64,000 nucleotides of DNA from Candidatus Saccharimonadota bacterium (GTDB lineage: Bacteria > Patescibacteriota > Saccharimonadia > Saccharimonadales > Saccharimonadaceae), in the NCBI GenBank assembly GCA_009783235.1, contig WRHN01000001.1:212046-276045 (forward strand), written 5' to 3'. Position 1 is the first letter of the stretch. Each line of letters begins with the position of its first letter. A program made the position numbers and the translations under genes. Of this stretch, positions 39,229-47,692 are shown in pieces. The notes below the pieces were generated by a model that did not search any database, had not been told where the DNA came from, and saw nothing but the letters and a program-made list of their open reading frames with translations.

Positions 39229-40684
39229 ACGAACTGCAACCCGATTGCAATGGTTCAATCGGCGCAAAGTTATCCGTGAACGGTCGTTGTTCGGGAACAT
39301 CTAACTTTTTATAATCATCAATGCGCACCTTCCTTTTTGAGTAAACCAAAATCATGTTTTTACTGTCGCTTTTGTTGCTTTTGTCGACCGTGTACTGGCG
39401 GTGGCTAAAATTCGCCGCATAAGGTGCGTTCAGCCCGTCCAGCAGCGGCTTGCAAATTCCGCTATCATTAGCGATAACATTGACCGCCACTATACCGTCG
39501 TCGCTCAAAATCCCCGCCAGTTTTTGCGCATATTCCATCGTCGTGAATTGCCACGGTATCGACACGCCATTATAAACATCGACAAAAATCAAATCGTATT
39601 GATTATTCGTTTTGTTGACAAAGGCCCTGGCGTCTTCAAAATACATGTTCAAATTAGCGGGCTGCTCGAAGAAAAAATAATCCTGAGCAATCTGTTTTAG
39701 CCCAGGGTCAATTTCTACCACATCAACCGTCGCGTCGGGATATTTTTCCGCTAGGTATCTCGGCACTGTGAAAGTGCCGCCGCCCAATACCAACATGTGC
39801 CCTCTGGGGCGGGGCGTAATATCAGCGATATTAACAAATTCGTTAGTGTACCAAAATAACATCTTGTCGGGATCTTCAGAATAAACCGCCGACTGCGCAC
39901 CACTGGGGCTGCTGGTCAGGTAAACCACCTGACCGTTATAAGCATCTTGAAAATGTACTCGGTAGTTAGCACTGGCAGTGTCGATGCTGATTGAGGTGGC
40001 GTTAGAGCTGTTCAAAGCGATTGCACCGCTAATAATGGACAGCAGAACCACCGTAAAGCCCAGCCTGGTTTTCCAATTGTCTCTCACGGGCATCAACCAG
40101 CTGGCGGCCAACAGCAACAGCGCGATGGCCGACAGGCTTTGCCAAGAACCAATCAGCGCGAACAAAATAAAACCAGTTACAAAAGTTCCGGTGATACTGC
40201 CAATGGCGTTCCAGGTCGACAGTCCGGCTGCGGTGCGCCCCAGGGTTTTTAGAGAAGTACTGGCTAGTTTAACCAGATACGGGCTAATCATGCCAATAAC
40301 CACACTGGCGGGCGCGAACAAAATCAGCGAAGCTAGCAGCCCTTGAGCTCGTTGGTCGATAATATTTTCGGCTAAGTAAGTCGTGAACGAAGCATTAGCG
40401 AACAGGGCGACTAACACCAGCAGCGCAGTAATCTGCATCAACAACGCCACGTCTGCCACGCGACCGCGCTGGTCGGCTAACCTGCCGCCCAGAAAATAAC
40501 CCAGGCTCAGCGCCGCCATAATCACGCCAATCACACAGGTCCAAGTGTAAGTAGAATTGCCAATCGTCGGGGCTAGCAGCCGCGCTGCCACCAGTTCGAA
40601 CGCCATCATCGCAAAACCCGCCACAAAAGCCACCGCACGCAGACGGTTACCAATTGCGAAGATTTTGTTCAACCGTCTCATCAC
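39227..40684 (-). CDS. fused membrane (MFS-like, about 7 TM) / spermidine-synthase-like aminopropyltransferase protein
   Basis: N-terminal multi-TM region. C-terminal spermidine-synthase fold motifs (HMLVLGGGTFTVPRYL, YDLIFVDVYNG). Confidence 0.65.
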   Translation of the reverse strand: MMRRLNKIFAIGNRLRAVAFVAGFAMMAFELVAARLLAPTIGNSTYTWTCVIGVIMAALSLGYFLGGRLADQRGRVADVALLMQITALLVLVALFANASFTTYLAENIIDQRAQGLLASLILFAPASVVIGMISPYLVKLASTSLKTLGRTAAGLSTWNAIGSITGTFVTGFILFALIGSWQSLSAIALLLLAASWLMPVRDNWKTRLGFTVVLLSIISGAIALNSSNATSISIDTASANYRVHFQDAYNGQVVYLTSSPSGAQSAVYSEDPDKMLFWYTNEFVNIADITPRPRGHMLVLGGGTFTVPRYLAEKYPDATVDVVEIDPGLKQIAQDYFFFEQPANLNMYFEDARAFVNKTNNQYDLIFVDVYNGVSIPWQFTTMEYAQKLAGILSDDGIVAVNVIANDSGICKPLLDGLNAPYAANFSHRQYTVDKSNKSDSKNMILVYSKRKVRIDDYKKLDVPEQRPFTDNFAPIEPLQSGCSS

Positions 40685-41289
40685 AAATTTACCGCCAAAT
40701 TCGTTAATTGTATTTTGACGTTGCCGTTCTGGGCCAAGCGGTCTAGCGTGTCTGACAATAGCGGCAAATTTTTGGCCCGACTGGAGTCTTTGGTGGCGTT
40801 GGCCGCCATTGATTGAACGAGCTCGATGGCTTCTTCTCGAGACTTGATTTTTGCTACAATTTTTAACCTGTCATATGTTGGTAAAGTAAACCAAGTCGAG
40901 TTTTCAGGCTGCGTAATATGCTCGCCGTGTTTGATAACCTGTCCGCGAGATTTGATAGTTGGCAAAAGTTTATGTGGCGCGGTGGTTGCAATTATAAAAT
41001 AAATGTTAGGGTTTGGCTCTTCAAATAATTTGAGAAAGGCGTTCTGCCAATGGTCGTTGCCCACGGTGGCAAAAAACGAATCAGCCTGCAAAATGAACAC
41101 CAGCGGCTGACGATGCACGCCACGCGCAAAACGGTACAGCTCGCGAATTTCCTTGACCTTGTCGCTTTTGTCTTGATGCTCTATCAATATATAATCGCCG
41201 TCAATTTTGTGGGCGATTTCTCGAGCGCGTGCTAGCAGCCCATCTATATCACCGCCAGCTAAAATTGTACTTTGCGCCAGCTTAAACAT
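40681..41289 (-). CDS. holB: DNA polymerase III delta-prime-like clamp-loader subunit (AAA+ lid/sensor region, no P-loop)
   Basis: LKLFEEPNPNIYFIIATTAPHKLLPTIKSRGQVI matches the clamp-loader LKTLEEPP...LLPTIxSRCQ sensor motif. Confidence 0.55.
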   Translation of the reverse strand: MFKLAQSTILAGGDIDGLLARAREIAHKIDGDYILIEHQDKSDKVKEIRELYRFARGVHRQPLVFILQADSFFATVGNDHWQNAFLKLFEEPNPNIYFIIATTAPHKLLPTIKSRGQVIKHGEHITQPENSTWFTLPTYDRLKIVAKIKSREEAIELVQSMAANATKDSSRAKNLPLLSDTLDRLAQNGNVKIQLTNLAVNL

Positions 41290-42112
41290 TAAATCCTTTC
41301 GTAAATCCTGGCGGCTCGGGCGCCTTGAAAATCTTGCGCTGATTAGGTGAGCCTGGGATAGTAATTTCTAAACTCTTGGCGTGCAGATACATGCGATCGG
41401 CGGCCTGACCATAAACTACATCGCCTTTGATTGGCGTTTTTAGATACTGCATGTGTACTCTCAACTGGTGGGTGCGCCCGGTTTCTGGTTTTAATTCTAT
41501 TAAACTCTCGCCTTGTTCATTAGTCGCAAGCACTTGGTAAAATGTTACTGCATTTTTTCCTTTGGCGTCGACTTTAAACTCAGCGGGTTTTTTGGGGTTG
41601 CGAGCTATGGGCAGGTCGATTTTGGCGGAAACTTCTCTTGGCGTGCCGTTAACTATGGCGATATAAGTTTTTTTGACCTTGCGCGCTGCGAATTGTTTTT
41701 GCAAAAACCCTGCAGTTTCTTGATTTTTTGCGACCACCACCACGCCCGAAGTCCCACGATCTAGTCGATGGACAATGCCGGCGCGATTTGAGCTTGACTG
41801 CGGCCAATATTTTTTAACAAATTCCGCCACAGTAAACTCTTCCGTAAAATTTCCCTTGGCATGAGTCAACACGCCCGCGGGTTTGTTAATAACCAACACA
41901 TTATCATCTTCATAAATAATCGGCAATGAAGAACCAGAAAAGTCGGGTTTCGCGGGTTGTTGGAACTCAATTTTTTGGCTCTCATCAACAGTTTTGGCAG
42001 GACTAGTCGCAACTTCGCCATCAATTCGCACGCGCCCCGACTTAACGCAGCTCGCTAACATGCTACGAGAATACTCGGGATATTTTTCGCTCAAAAACTT
42101 ATCTAATCTCAT
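41282..42112 (-). CDS. RluA-family RNA pseudouridine synthase (S4 domain + catalytic domain)
   Basis: HRLDRGTSGVVVVAK catalytic-Asp motif. N-terminal S4 motif. Confidence 0.85.
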   Translation of the reverse strand: MRLDKFLSEKYPEYSRSMLASCVKSGRVRIDGEVATSPAKTVDESQKIEFQQPAKPDFSGSSLPIIYEDDNVLVINKPAGVLTHAKGNFTEEFTVAEFVKKYWPQSSSNRAGIVHRLDRGTSGVVVVAKNQETAGFLQKQFAARKVKKTYIAIVNGTPREVSAKIDLPIARNPKKPAEFKVDAKGKNAVTFYQVLATNEQGESLIELKPETGRTHQLRVHMQYLKTPIKGDVVYGQAADRMYLHAKSLEITIPGSPNQRKIFKAPEPPGFTKGFNV

Positions 42113-42121
42113 CTTGCTAAC

Positions 42122-42748
42122 CTAATTTCCATACAGCCACATGGCAAACACTAACAGCACGTCGATCGCATAAGTCGTCGCCAGTAACAAGAAAATATCA
42201 TTTAGCAATCTGTCAGAAATCTTGCTGACGCGTCGTTCAATGCGCGGGAACAAAACTTGTAGGAAAATCGTTGCGACTATGCCAAACAGCACGGCGTTAC
42301 GTAGACAAATCATACCCTGAAAATTGAACGGCATATTTGAATAGTCCCAAAACGGATTATGACCCATAAAGGCGATAATCACCAGGGCGCACAAATATTC
42401 CACAGCCGTAGTAACCACAGCCGCCAGCACAAAAACCAGCAAAACATTCATTTTTTTGAAGCGTTTATAAAGTGGCCATACTGCTAAAATAACTGCTACA
42501 GCGCCCAAGCCATAAGGTACCGCCAGCGGCGCAAAGGTCGGTATGTTGTTGGGGTCAAAATACGGATTGTCGGTTATTTTCTGCCACAGCACTTCTAGAA
42601 TATGACCAGCAAATGCAAACGCCCAGTAATAAAGAAAAATATTACGCCAAAACGCAGGCTGCCGCCAATTTAGTTGATCTTTGCTGATTGTGGCCGCGTG
42701 GCCACCCTGTTTGCTGTATCTATCGCGTATCATTTTGGATTTACTCAC
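42122..42748 (-). CDS. hypothetical integral membrane protein (about 5 TM)
   Basis: Hydrophobic helices. No diagnostic motif. Confidence 0.45.
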   Translation of the reverse strand: MSKSKMIRDRYSKQGGHAATISKDQLNWRQPAFWRNIFLYYWAFAFAGHILEVLWQKITDNPYFDPNNIPTFAPLAVPYGLGAVAVILAVWPLYKRFKKMNVLLVFVLAAVVTTAVEYLCALVIIAFMGHNPFWDYSNMPFNFQGMICLRNAVLFGIVATIFLQVLFPRIERRVSKISDRLLNDIFLLLATTYAIDVLLVFAMWLYGN

Positions 42749-42812
42749 TGCTTTATTTTAGCATGTTTTTTGTTATATAATTGTCACAATACAATTAAAG
42801 GGGAGTAAAAAT

Positions 42813-43058
42813 ATGAAAAGAGTGAGTAAAATATTAATCGTCGTAGCGGCGGTGTTTTCGTTGGGCTTGGTCGCTCAGCCGGCGAAGAATTTGAGTATTA
42901 CATCTTTTGGTACCCACTAGTTGTTGGTGCAGCGCTGTTTATTGATAGTGCCGTTCAATACTTTATGACCTACAACAAGCTCAAAACTTCTGGCGAATTG
43001 AAAAACAAAAACGATGCTACGTCGGCAGCACTCGAGAAAATTAACAAAGCCAAAAAAT
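42813..43058 (+). pseudogene. small signal-peptide protein gene with an apparent -1/+2 frameshift (or an atypical start for the downstream frame)
   Basis: Frame 1: MKRVSKILIVVAAVFSLGLVAQPAKNLSITSFGTH, then a stop. Frame 3 continues EEFEYYIFWYPLVVGAALFIDSAVQYFMTYNKLKTSGELKNKNDATSAALEKINKAKK with no ATG/GTG/TTG start of its own. The region ends at a strong terminator at 43081-43116. Confidence 0.3.
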
Positions 43059-43117
43059 AAACTAGATTTAATACAAACAAACCCCCTGTTGGACATTAGA
43101 GTTCGTCAGGGGTTTTA

Positions 43118-44128
43118 TTAGAAATAATTTATGCCGATGGCGTCGCGCACTCTTTTTAGCACTTTATCGGCTTTGGTGTTAGCGCGCACGTTACCGTCGG
43201 TTAAAATCTGCCGTACTTGCTCGAGATCTTGTTCGTACTGAGCGCGCCGCTGACGAATTGGGCTCAACAGTTCTTCTAAAACTTCGATTAAATATTTTTT
43301 AACCGCCACGTCGCCCAGGCCGCCTTTTTGGTATTGTTCTTTTAGCTCAGCAACTTTTTTCTGATCTTCAGCAAAGACGTCCAGGTAAATAAACACCACA
43401 TTGCCTTCGACTTTGCCGGGATCTTCAACGCGAATATGATTAGGATCAGTATACATCTGCATGACTTTCTGCTTGACGGTTTCGCTATCGTCCGACAGAT
43501 AAATGCCATTATCCAGGCTTTTGCTCATCTTGTCGTCCGCGCCAAAAATGCCCGGCAATCGCTTAGCATTGCCTTCTGGCACCACCGGTTCTGGCTCGAC
43601 CAAAACATCGCCGTAGAGCGAATTAAACGAACGCACAATTTCGCGGTCTTGTTCCAACACCGGCAGCTGATCTTCACCGACCGGCACCAAATTAGCGTCA
43701 AAAGCCGTAATGTCAGCCGCCTGAGCAATCGGGTAAGTCAAAAATCCCACCGGTATAGAATCGCCAAAGCCGCGCTGTTTAATCTCGGTCTTGACCGTCG
43801 GATTGCGCTGCAAACGCCCCAGGCCGACTAAATTAGAATAATGGATAGTCAGTTCATACAAAGCTGGCACAGCCGACTGCACAAAAATCGTAGTTTTGTC
43901 AGGGTCAAGTCCGACGCTCAAATAATCCAGCGCCACTTCCAGCAGGTTGTCTTGAATTTTACCAGGATCGCGCGCATTGTCGGTCAGCGCTTGCTGATCA
44001 GCAATCATCACAAACATTTCGTAATCGCCCGAATTTTGCATTTCCACGCGATTTTTCAAAGAACCCACAAAATGGCCCAGGTGCAATTTGCCCGTTGGCC
44101 GGTCACCCGTCAAAACAACTTTTTTCAT
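43118..44128 (-). CDS. trpS: tryptophanyl-tRNA synthetase
   Basis: HIGH-type motif (TGKLHLGHFVG) and KMSKS motif (DDKMSKSLDNG). Confidence 0.9.
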   Translation of the reverse strand: MKKVVLTGDRPTGKLHLGHFVGSLKNRVEMQNSGDYEMFVMIADQQALTDNARDPGKIQDNLLEVALDYLSVGLDPDKTTIFVQSAVPALYELTIHYSNLVGLGRLQRNPTVKTEIKQRGFGDSIPVGFLTYPIAQAADITAFDANLVPVGEDQLPVLEQDREIVRSFNSLYGDVLVEPEPVVPEGNAKRLPGIFGADDKMSKSLDNGIYLSDDSETVKQKVMQMYTDPNHIRVEDPGKVEGNVVFIYLDVFAEDQKKVAELKEQYQKGGLGDVAVKKYLIEVLEELLSPIRQRRAQYEQDLEQVRQILTDGNVRANTKADKVLKRVRDAIGINYF

Positions 44129-44192
44129 AAACTTATTCTAGCAAATTAAAGCCACTAACGCTAATTTTCCGAGCATCGGCACAAAAGTTCAA

Positions 44193-45848
44193 TTAGTTGT
44201 TTGATTCAAATTCTATTTTGATTTTGTTGGTGTTTTTGGGTATGGAACTGACCCAAAACGGCGATAGGCCAACTTTGACGTCTACTACTCCGTTGACACG
44301 TTTGAGTGATTCAGTAACTTCCATGGGTTTTTTGCCAGCGATTTCTTCTCTAATTTTGTCAAGGTCAATATCTGGCCCAATTTTAGCCGTGGCGAACAAA
44401 GCGACGGTTGCTGGGTTTTTATCATCGACTCGCATGTAGTTGGTCAGGCTGATGTTGTCCACACCATAATCGTAAACTTTCTGTTGACTCATTTCGCCCG
44501 CTCGCGCATCGAGAATTTTCTCAAGATAAGTTTTAATTTCGTCTTTGGACACCGCCTCCAGGGAATAAACAGTTTTGATAGTCAGCTTGAATTTGCCGTC
44601 GCTGGACGCCTCGTTCAGGCCTGGGCTGGCCACAGGGTCGCTAGTGGTTACTTTAAAGCTTTGGCTAATCACAATATAGTCGCCAGAAAGTTCCTTGGTT
44701 AAATCATTTTTAAAATCGTCCTGATTTTCGTTTTTGAATTTTTCTTGGGCAATTTTAATGTCAGAATCTTGCACAAATTTGACGATTTTGGTCGAACCGC
44801 CACTGGTTGATCCGTTGGCCGAAACGCCGCCAAAACCAGCCACTGCCCCACCACCGCCACTAATATTGTATCCTTCACCCGCCGCCATCGCCTCAACCGG
44901 CACGTCGTTAGCGACGCATTTGCTGCCACTGACCGCAAATGCCGCCCCGGCCGTCGTATAAAAATCCTTGCCAGACAGCGTTACGCCAGTGCCGGAAGCT
45001 ATGCCGCTCATCACCAAGCTAACGCAAGTACCAAGATCAGATGCTTCCAAGTCAACCGTACCGCTGGCGCGAGTGCCATCGTTGCGCTCGCCTGTCGCGG
45101 TGCCATCGACCGAAGCGTCTTTCTCGCCAGATTTAATGACAGATTTGATGGTGTGAGTGGCGGGATCAGTAGTCAGTTTGTCGCCAATTTGTACGGTTTC
45201 TTGCACTTTCTCACTAGTGGTATTAGCAAAAATAGTTACGTTAGCGCGCGGCGCAAAAACTATGGCCCAAACCAAAAACGCAATTAAAGCTACGCCCAGC
45301 CCGCCAAAAATGAACAGGCGTTTGCGGAATTTGTTAAAATTAGGCGCCTTTTTGGGCGGTTTCGGCTGCTCGTCGTCATCTTCTTCATCGTCTTTTTTCT
45401 CGCGATTTTTTCTTAGCGAGACTTCGATATCTTTGTCCTCTGGAATATCAGAAGTGTCCTTGTAATCACTAGTGTCAATATCTTCGCCGTCGATCACGTC
45501 GTCAGTATTTTTAGCACTGGCAGTAGTCTCTGGCTTAGCCAGCATGATTGGCTCAGACTGTAGGTTTTTAGCAACGTAGATGCCGATAGTGGCGGCCAGC
45601 GTCAGCAGTGCCTTGTCTGTGGTAACAATCGCCACGTGTTTTTTGACTTTAGAGGCGGTGCGTTTAATCAGCCGCATAGTTACCGAGCTTTGCATAAAGC
45701 CCTGCCGTTTTGGCGGCACCAGCTTGATATATTCCTCGCTGCTGTTTTTGATTTTCTCGATTACCGAAGTAATATCGTCATCAATATCGACATAAATAAT
45801 GTCGTAATTAATTTCCTTGTCTTTTGCAGTTGTTTTTGTCGTGCCCAT
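44193..45848 (-). CDS. hypothetical bitopic membrane protein: about 170-aa cytoplasmic N-domain, acidic linker, one TM, about 360-aa extracytoplasmic Gly/Ser/Thr-rich domain
   Basis: TM helix LFIFGGLGVALIAFLVWAIVFA. No recognisable catalytic motif. Confidence 0.45.
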   Translation of the reverse strand: MGTTKTTAKDKEINYDIIYVDIDDDITSVIEKIKNSSEEYIKLVPPKRQGFMQSSVTMRLIKRTASKVKKHVAIVTTDKALLTLAATIGIYVAKNLQSEPIMLAKPETTASAKNTDDVIDGEDIDTSDYKDTSDIPEDKDIEVSLRKNREKKDDEEDDDEQPKPPKKAPNFNKFRKRLFIFGGLGVALIAFLVWAIVFAPRANVTIFANTTSEKVQETVQIGDKLTTDPATHTIKSVIKSGEKDASVDGTATGERNDGTRASGTVDLEASDLGTCVSLVMSGIASGTGVTLSGKDFYTTAGAAFAVSGSKCVANDVPVEAMAAGEGYNISGGGGAVAGFGGVSANGSTSGGSTKIVKFVQDSDIKIAQEKFKNENQDDFKNDLTKELSGDYIVISQSFKVTTSDPVASPGLNEASSDGKFKLTIKTVYSLEAVSKDEIKTYLEKILDARAGEMSQQKVYDYGVDNISLTNYMRVDDKNPATVALFATAKIGPDIDLDKIREEIAGKKPMEVTESLKRVNGVVDVKVGLSPFWVSSIPKNTNKIKIEFESNN

Positions 45849-45886
45849 GATTAAACTATACCACTAATGTTAATTTTTAGAAACTC

Positions 45887-46399
45887 TTACAGCGCGGCCT
45901 CAATGGCGGCCCACTCGGCTTCGCGGTTGTCTTCCGGTACGATAATCGACACTTGGTCGCCCAATTTTACCTTAAAGAAAGTTACCGAAGCCAACAGCAC
46001 GCGGTATTCGCGACTGGCTGCCTCTACGAAATATGCACCGTCATGCTGACCCAAAACGCCAATAATCTGGCGCCGCGCCACTGGGCCAATTTGTTTATAA
46101 ATAAACGACCCGTCCTCGTCAATAGTTAATTTTAATATATCGCCCTCGACCAGTTTGGATTTGCTGGCGTAATTAGCCGGCACCGGATAGGTTTTGCCGT
46201 CTGGCCCTACCATAACTTGACCGTCAAACAGACCCTCAATAACTTTGCCCGCCACTTCTTCAGTGGGCGTACGGCTCGGCAGGGCCTCTTCTCCCGCCAT
46301 GTCGCGGATAATTTCTTTGGCCGCCGCCAAATTAATCTCTGCGTCGCCCAACAGCGCAGTCAACCGCTTTATTTGTTTATCATCTAACTCTTTAGACAT
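45887..46399 (-). CDS. hypothetical protein (170 aa), immediately upstream of the 44193..45848 gene
   Basis: ORF co-directional with its neighbours and 38 nt from the next gene. No motif recognised. Confidence 0.4.
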   Translation of the reverse strand: MSKELDDKQIKRLTALLGDAEINLAAAKEIIRDMAGEEALPSRTPTEEVAGKVIEGLFDGQVMVGPDGKTYPVPANYASKSKLVEGDILKLTIDEDGSFIYKQIGPVARRQIIGVLGQHDGAYFVEAASREYRVLLASVTFFKVKLGDQVSIIVPEDNREAEWAAIEAAL

Positions 46400-46499
46400 T
46401 TCTTTCCTCTCGCTATTTGTCTATATTTTCATTGATATTACCTCTATCATAACAGATTGCTCAAAAAATGCAAGACAGTTTTCCACAGCCCGCAAGGTG

Positions 46500-46532
46500 G
46501 CTTACAAAAAAACGTTGTGCTAAGCACAACGC
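46500..46532 (-). terminator. intrinsic terminator downstream of rplL
   Basis: Hairpin gttgtgcttagcacaac followed by T7 on the minus strand. Confidence 0.6.
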
Positions 46533-46567
46533 CCTTTCGTCTTCAATTCGAGTCGATGTTTTTGAAC

Positions 46568-46948
46568 TTAAACTAATTCTACGCTGGCGCCAGCTTCTTC
46601 CAAAGTTTTCTTGGCTGCCTCAGCATCTTCTTTGTTAACGCCTTCCTTGACTGCAGCTGGAGCGCCGTCCACGATAGCCTTAGCTTCGCCTAGACCCAAA
46701 CCAGTGATTTCTTTAACAGCCTTGATTACTGCGACTTTCTGCGCACCGGCGTCTTTTAGTTGAACTGTGAATTCGCTTTTTTCTTCCGCAGCCGCAGCTT
46801 CGCCGCCAGCAGCTGGACCAGCCGCCACAGCCACAGCGGCCGCAGCTGGCTCAATACCATATTCATCTTTCAAAACATTTTTTAATTCATTGACTTCCAA
46901 AACAGTCAATTTAGTTAGCTCTTGAGCTAATTTCTTTACATCTGCCAT
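46568..46948 (-). CDS. rplL: 50S ribosomal protein L7/L12
   Basis: N-terminal dimerisation helix, Ala/Glu-rich hinge, and a C-terminal domain with [20 protein letters not shown]. Confidence 0.9.
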   Translation of the reverse strand: MADVKKLAQELTKLTVLEVNELKNVLKDEYGIEPAAAAVAVAAGPAAGGEAAAAEEKSEFTVQLKDAGAQKVAVIKAVKEITGLGLGEAKAIVDGAPAAVKEGVNKEDAEAAKKTLEEAGASVELV

Positions 46949-46969
46949 ATTATTTTCCTTTCTTATTAT

Positions 46970-47491
46970 TTAGTTAGTTGCTTGACTTTCTAGCGCATTC
47001 AAAATGCCAGGCAGTCCATTAACGCCACTGATCACGTCATTGACTGGGCTGAGCAGCATGTCGACCACTTGGCCGATGAGCTGTTCTTTGCTTGGCAGGC
47101 CAGCCAATGATTTAACGTCTTCAGCCGACAGGTTCGCGCCAATGCCGGAAAACGCGCCGATGGTTACAAGTTCTGGGTGCTTACTAGCAAATTTGTCCAA
47201 AACCTGCGCTGGCGCCACTTCATCATCAGAACTAATTGCGTAGAGCAATTGACCCTTAAGAGTAGTTACGTCAACATCTTTCAAATCTTCAATATCCGTC
47301 ACGGCCACTTTGACCAAACGGTTTTTGACTACTTTAATCTGCACGCCTGCTTCGCGCGCCGCGCGGCGTAAATCTTGCAGACTCTGCACGCTAACGCCTT
47401 TATATTCAGCGAACACCGTCATTTTTGCGCCGCTCAACAGTTGGCTAAGTTCAGCAACTAATTGTTGTTTCTTATCTTTGCTAATTGCCAT
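46970..47491 (-). CDS. rplJ: 50S ribosomal protein L10
   Basis: L10 fold, and position immediately upstream of rplL. Confidence 0.9.
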   Translation of the reverse strand: MAISKDKKQQLVAELSQLLSGAKMTVFAEYKGVSVQSLQDLRRAAREAGVQIKVVKNRLVKVAVTDIEDLKDVDVTTLKGQLLYAISSDDEVAPAQVLDKFASKHPELVTIGAFSGIGANLSAEDVKSLAGLPSKEQLIGQVVDMLLSPVNDVISGVNGLPGILNALESQATN

Positions 47492-47692
47492 AGATAATCC
47501 TCCTTAATTACAAAACGACCCGAATTGTTAAGGTGTCGTTACCAAAAAGAGATTTCTCGACCGCATGATTAAGGTTTCCCCGCGGTTGTCTCAGATAACG
47601 TTGGCCTCATTATATCAATAAATTTAGAATTTTGCAAATGAAAAGTCGCCGTTGAGATCATCTCGCGAGCGACCCTTCACTTTTTTTGTAAA
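47492..47692 (-). promoter_or_regulatory. putative rplJ 5' leader (candidate L10/L12 autoregulatory leader)
   Basis: A 200-nt non-coding stretch upstream of rplJ with several potential stem-loops. The assignment is by position, not by a recognised consensus. Confidence 0.3.
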
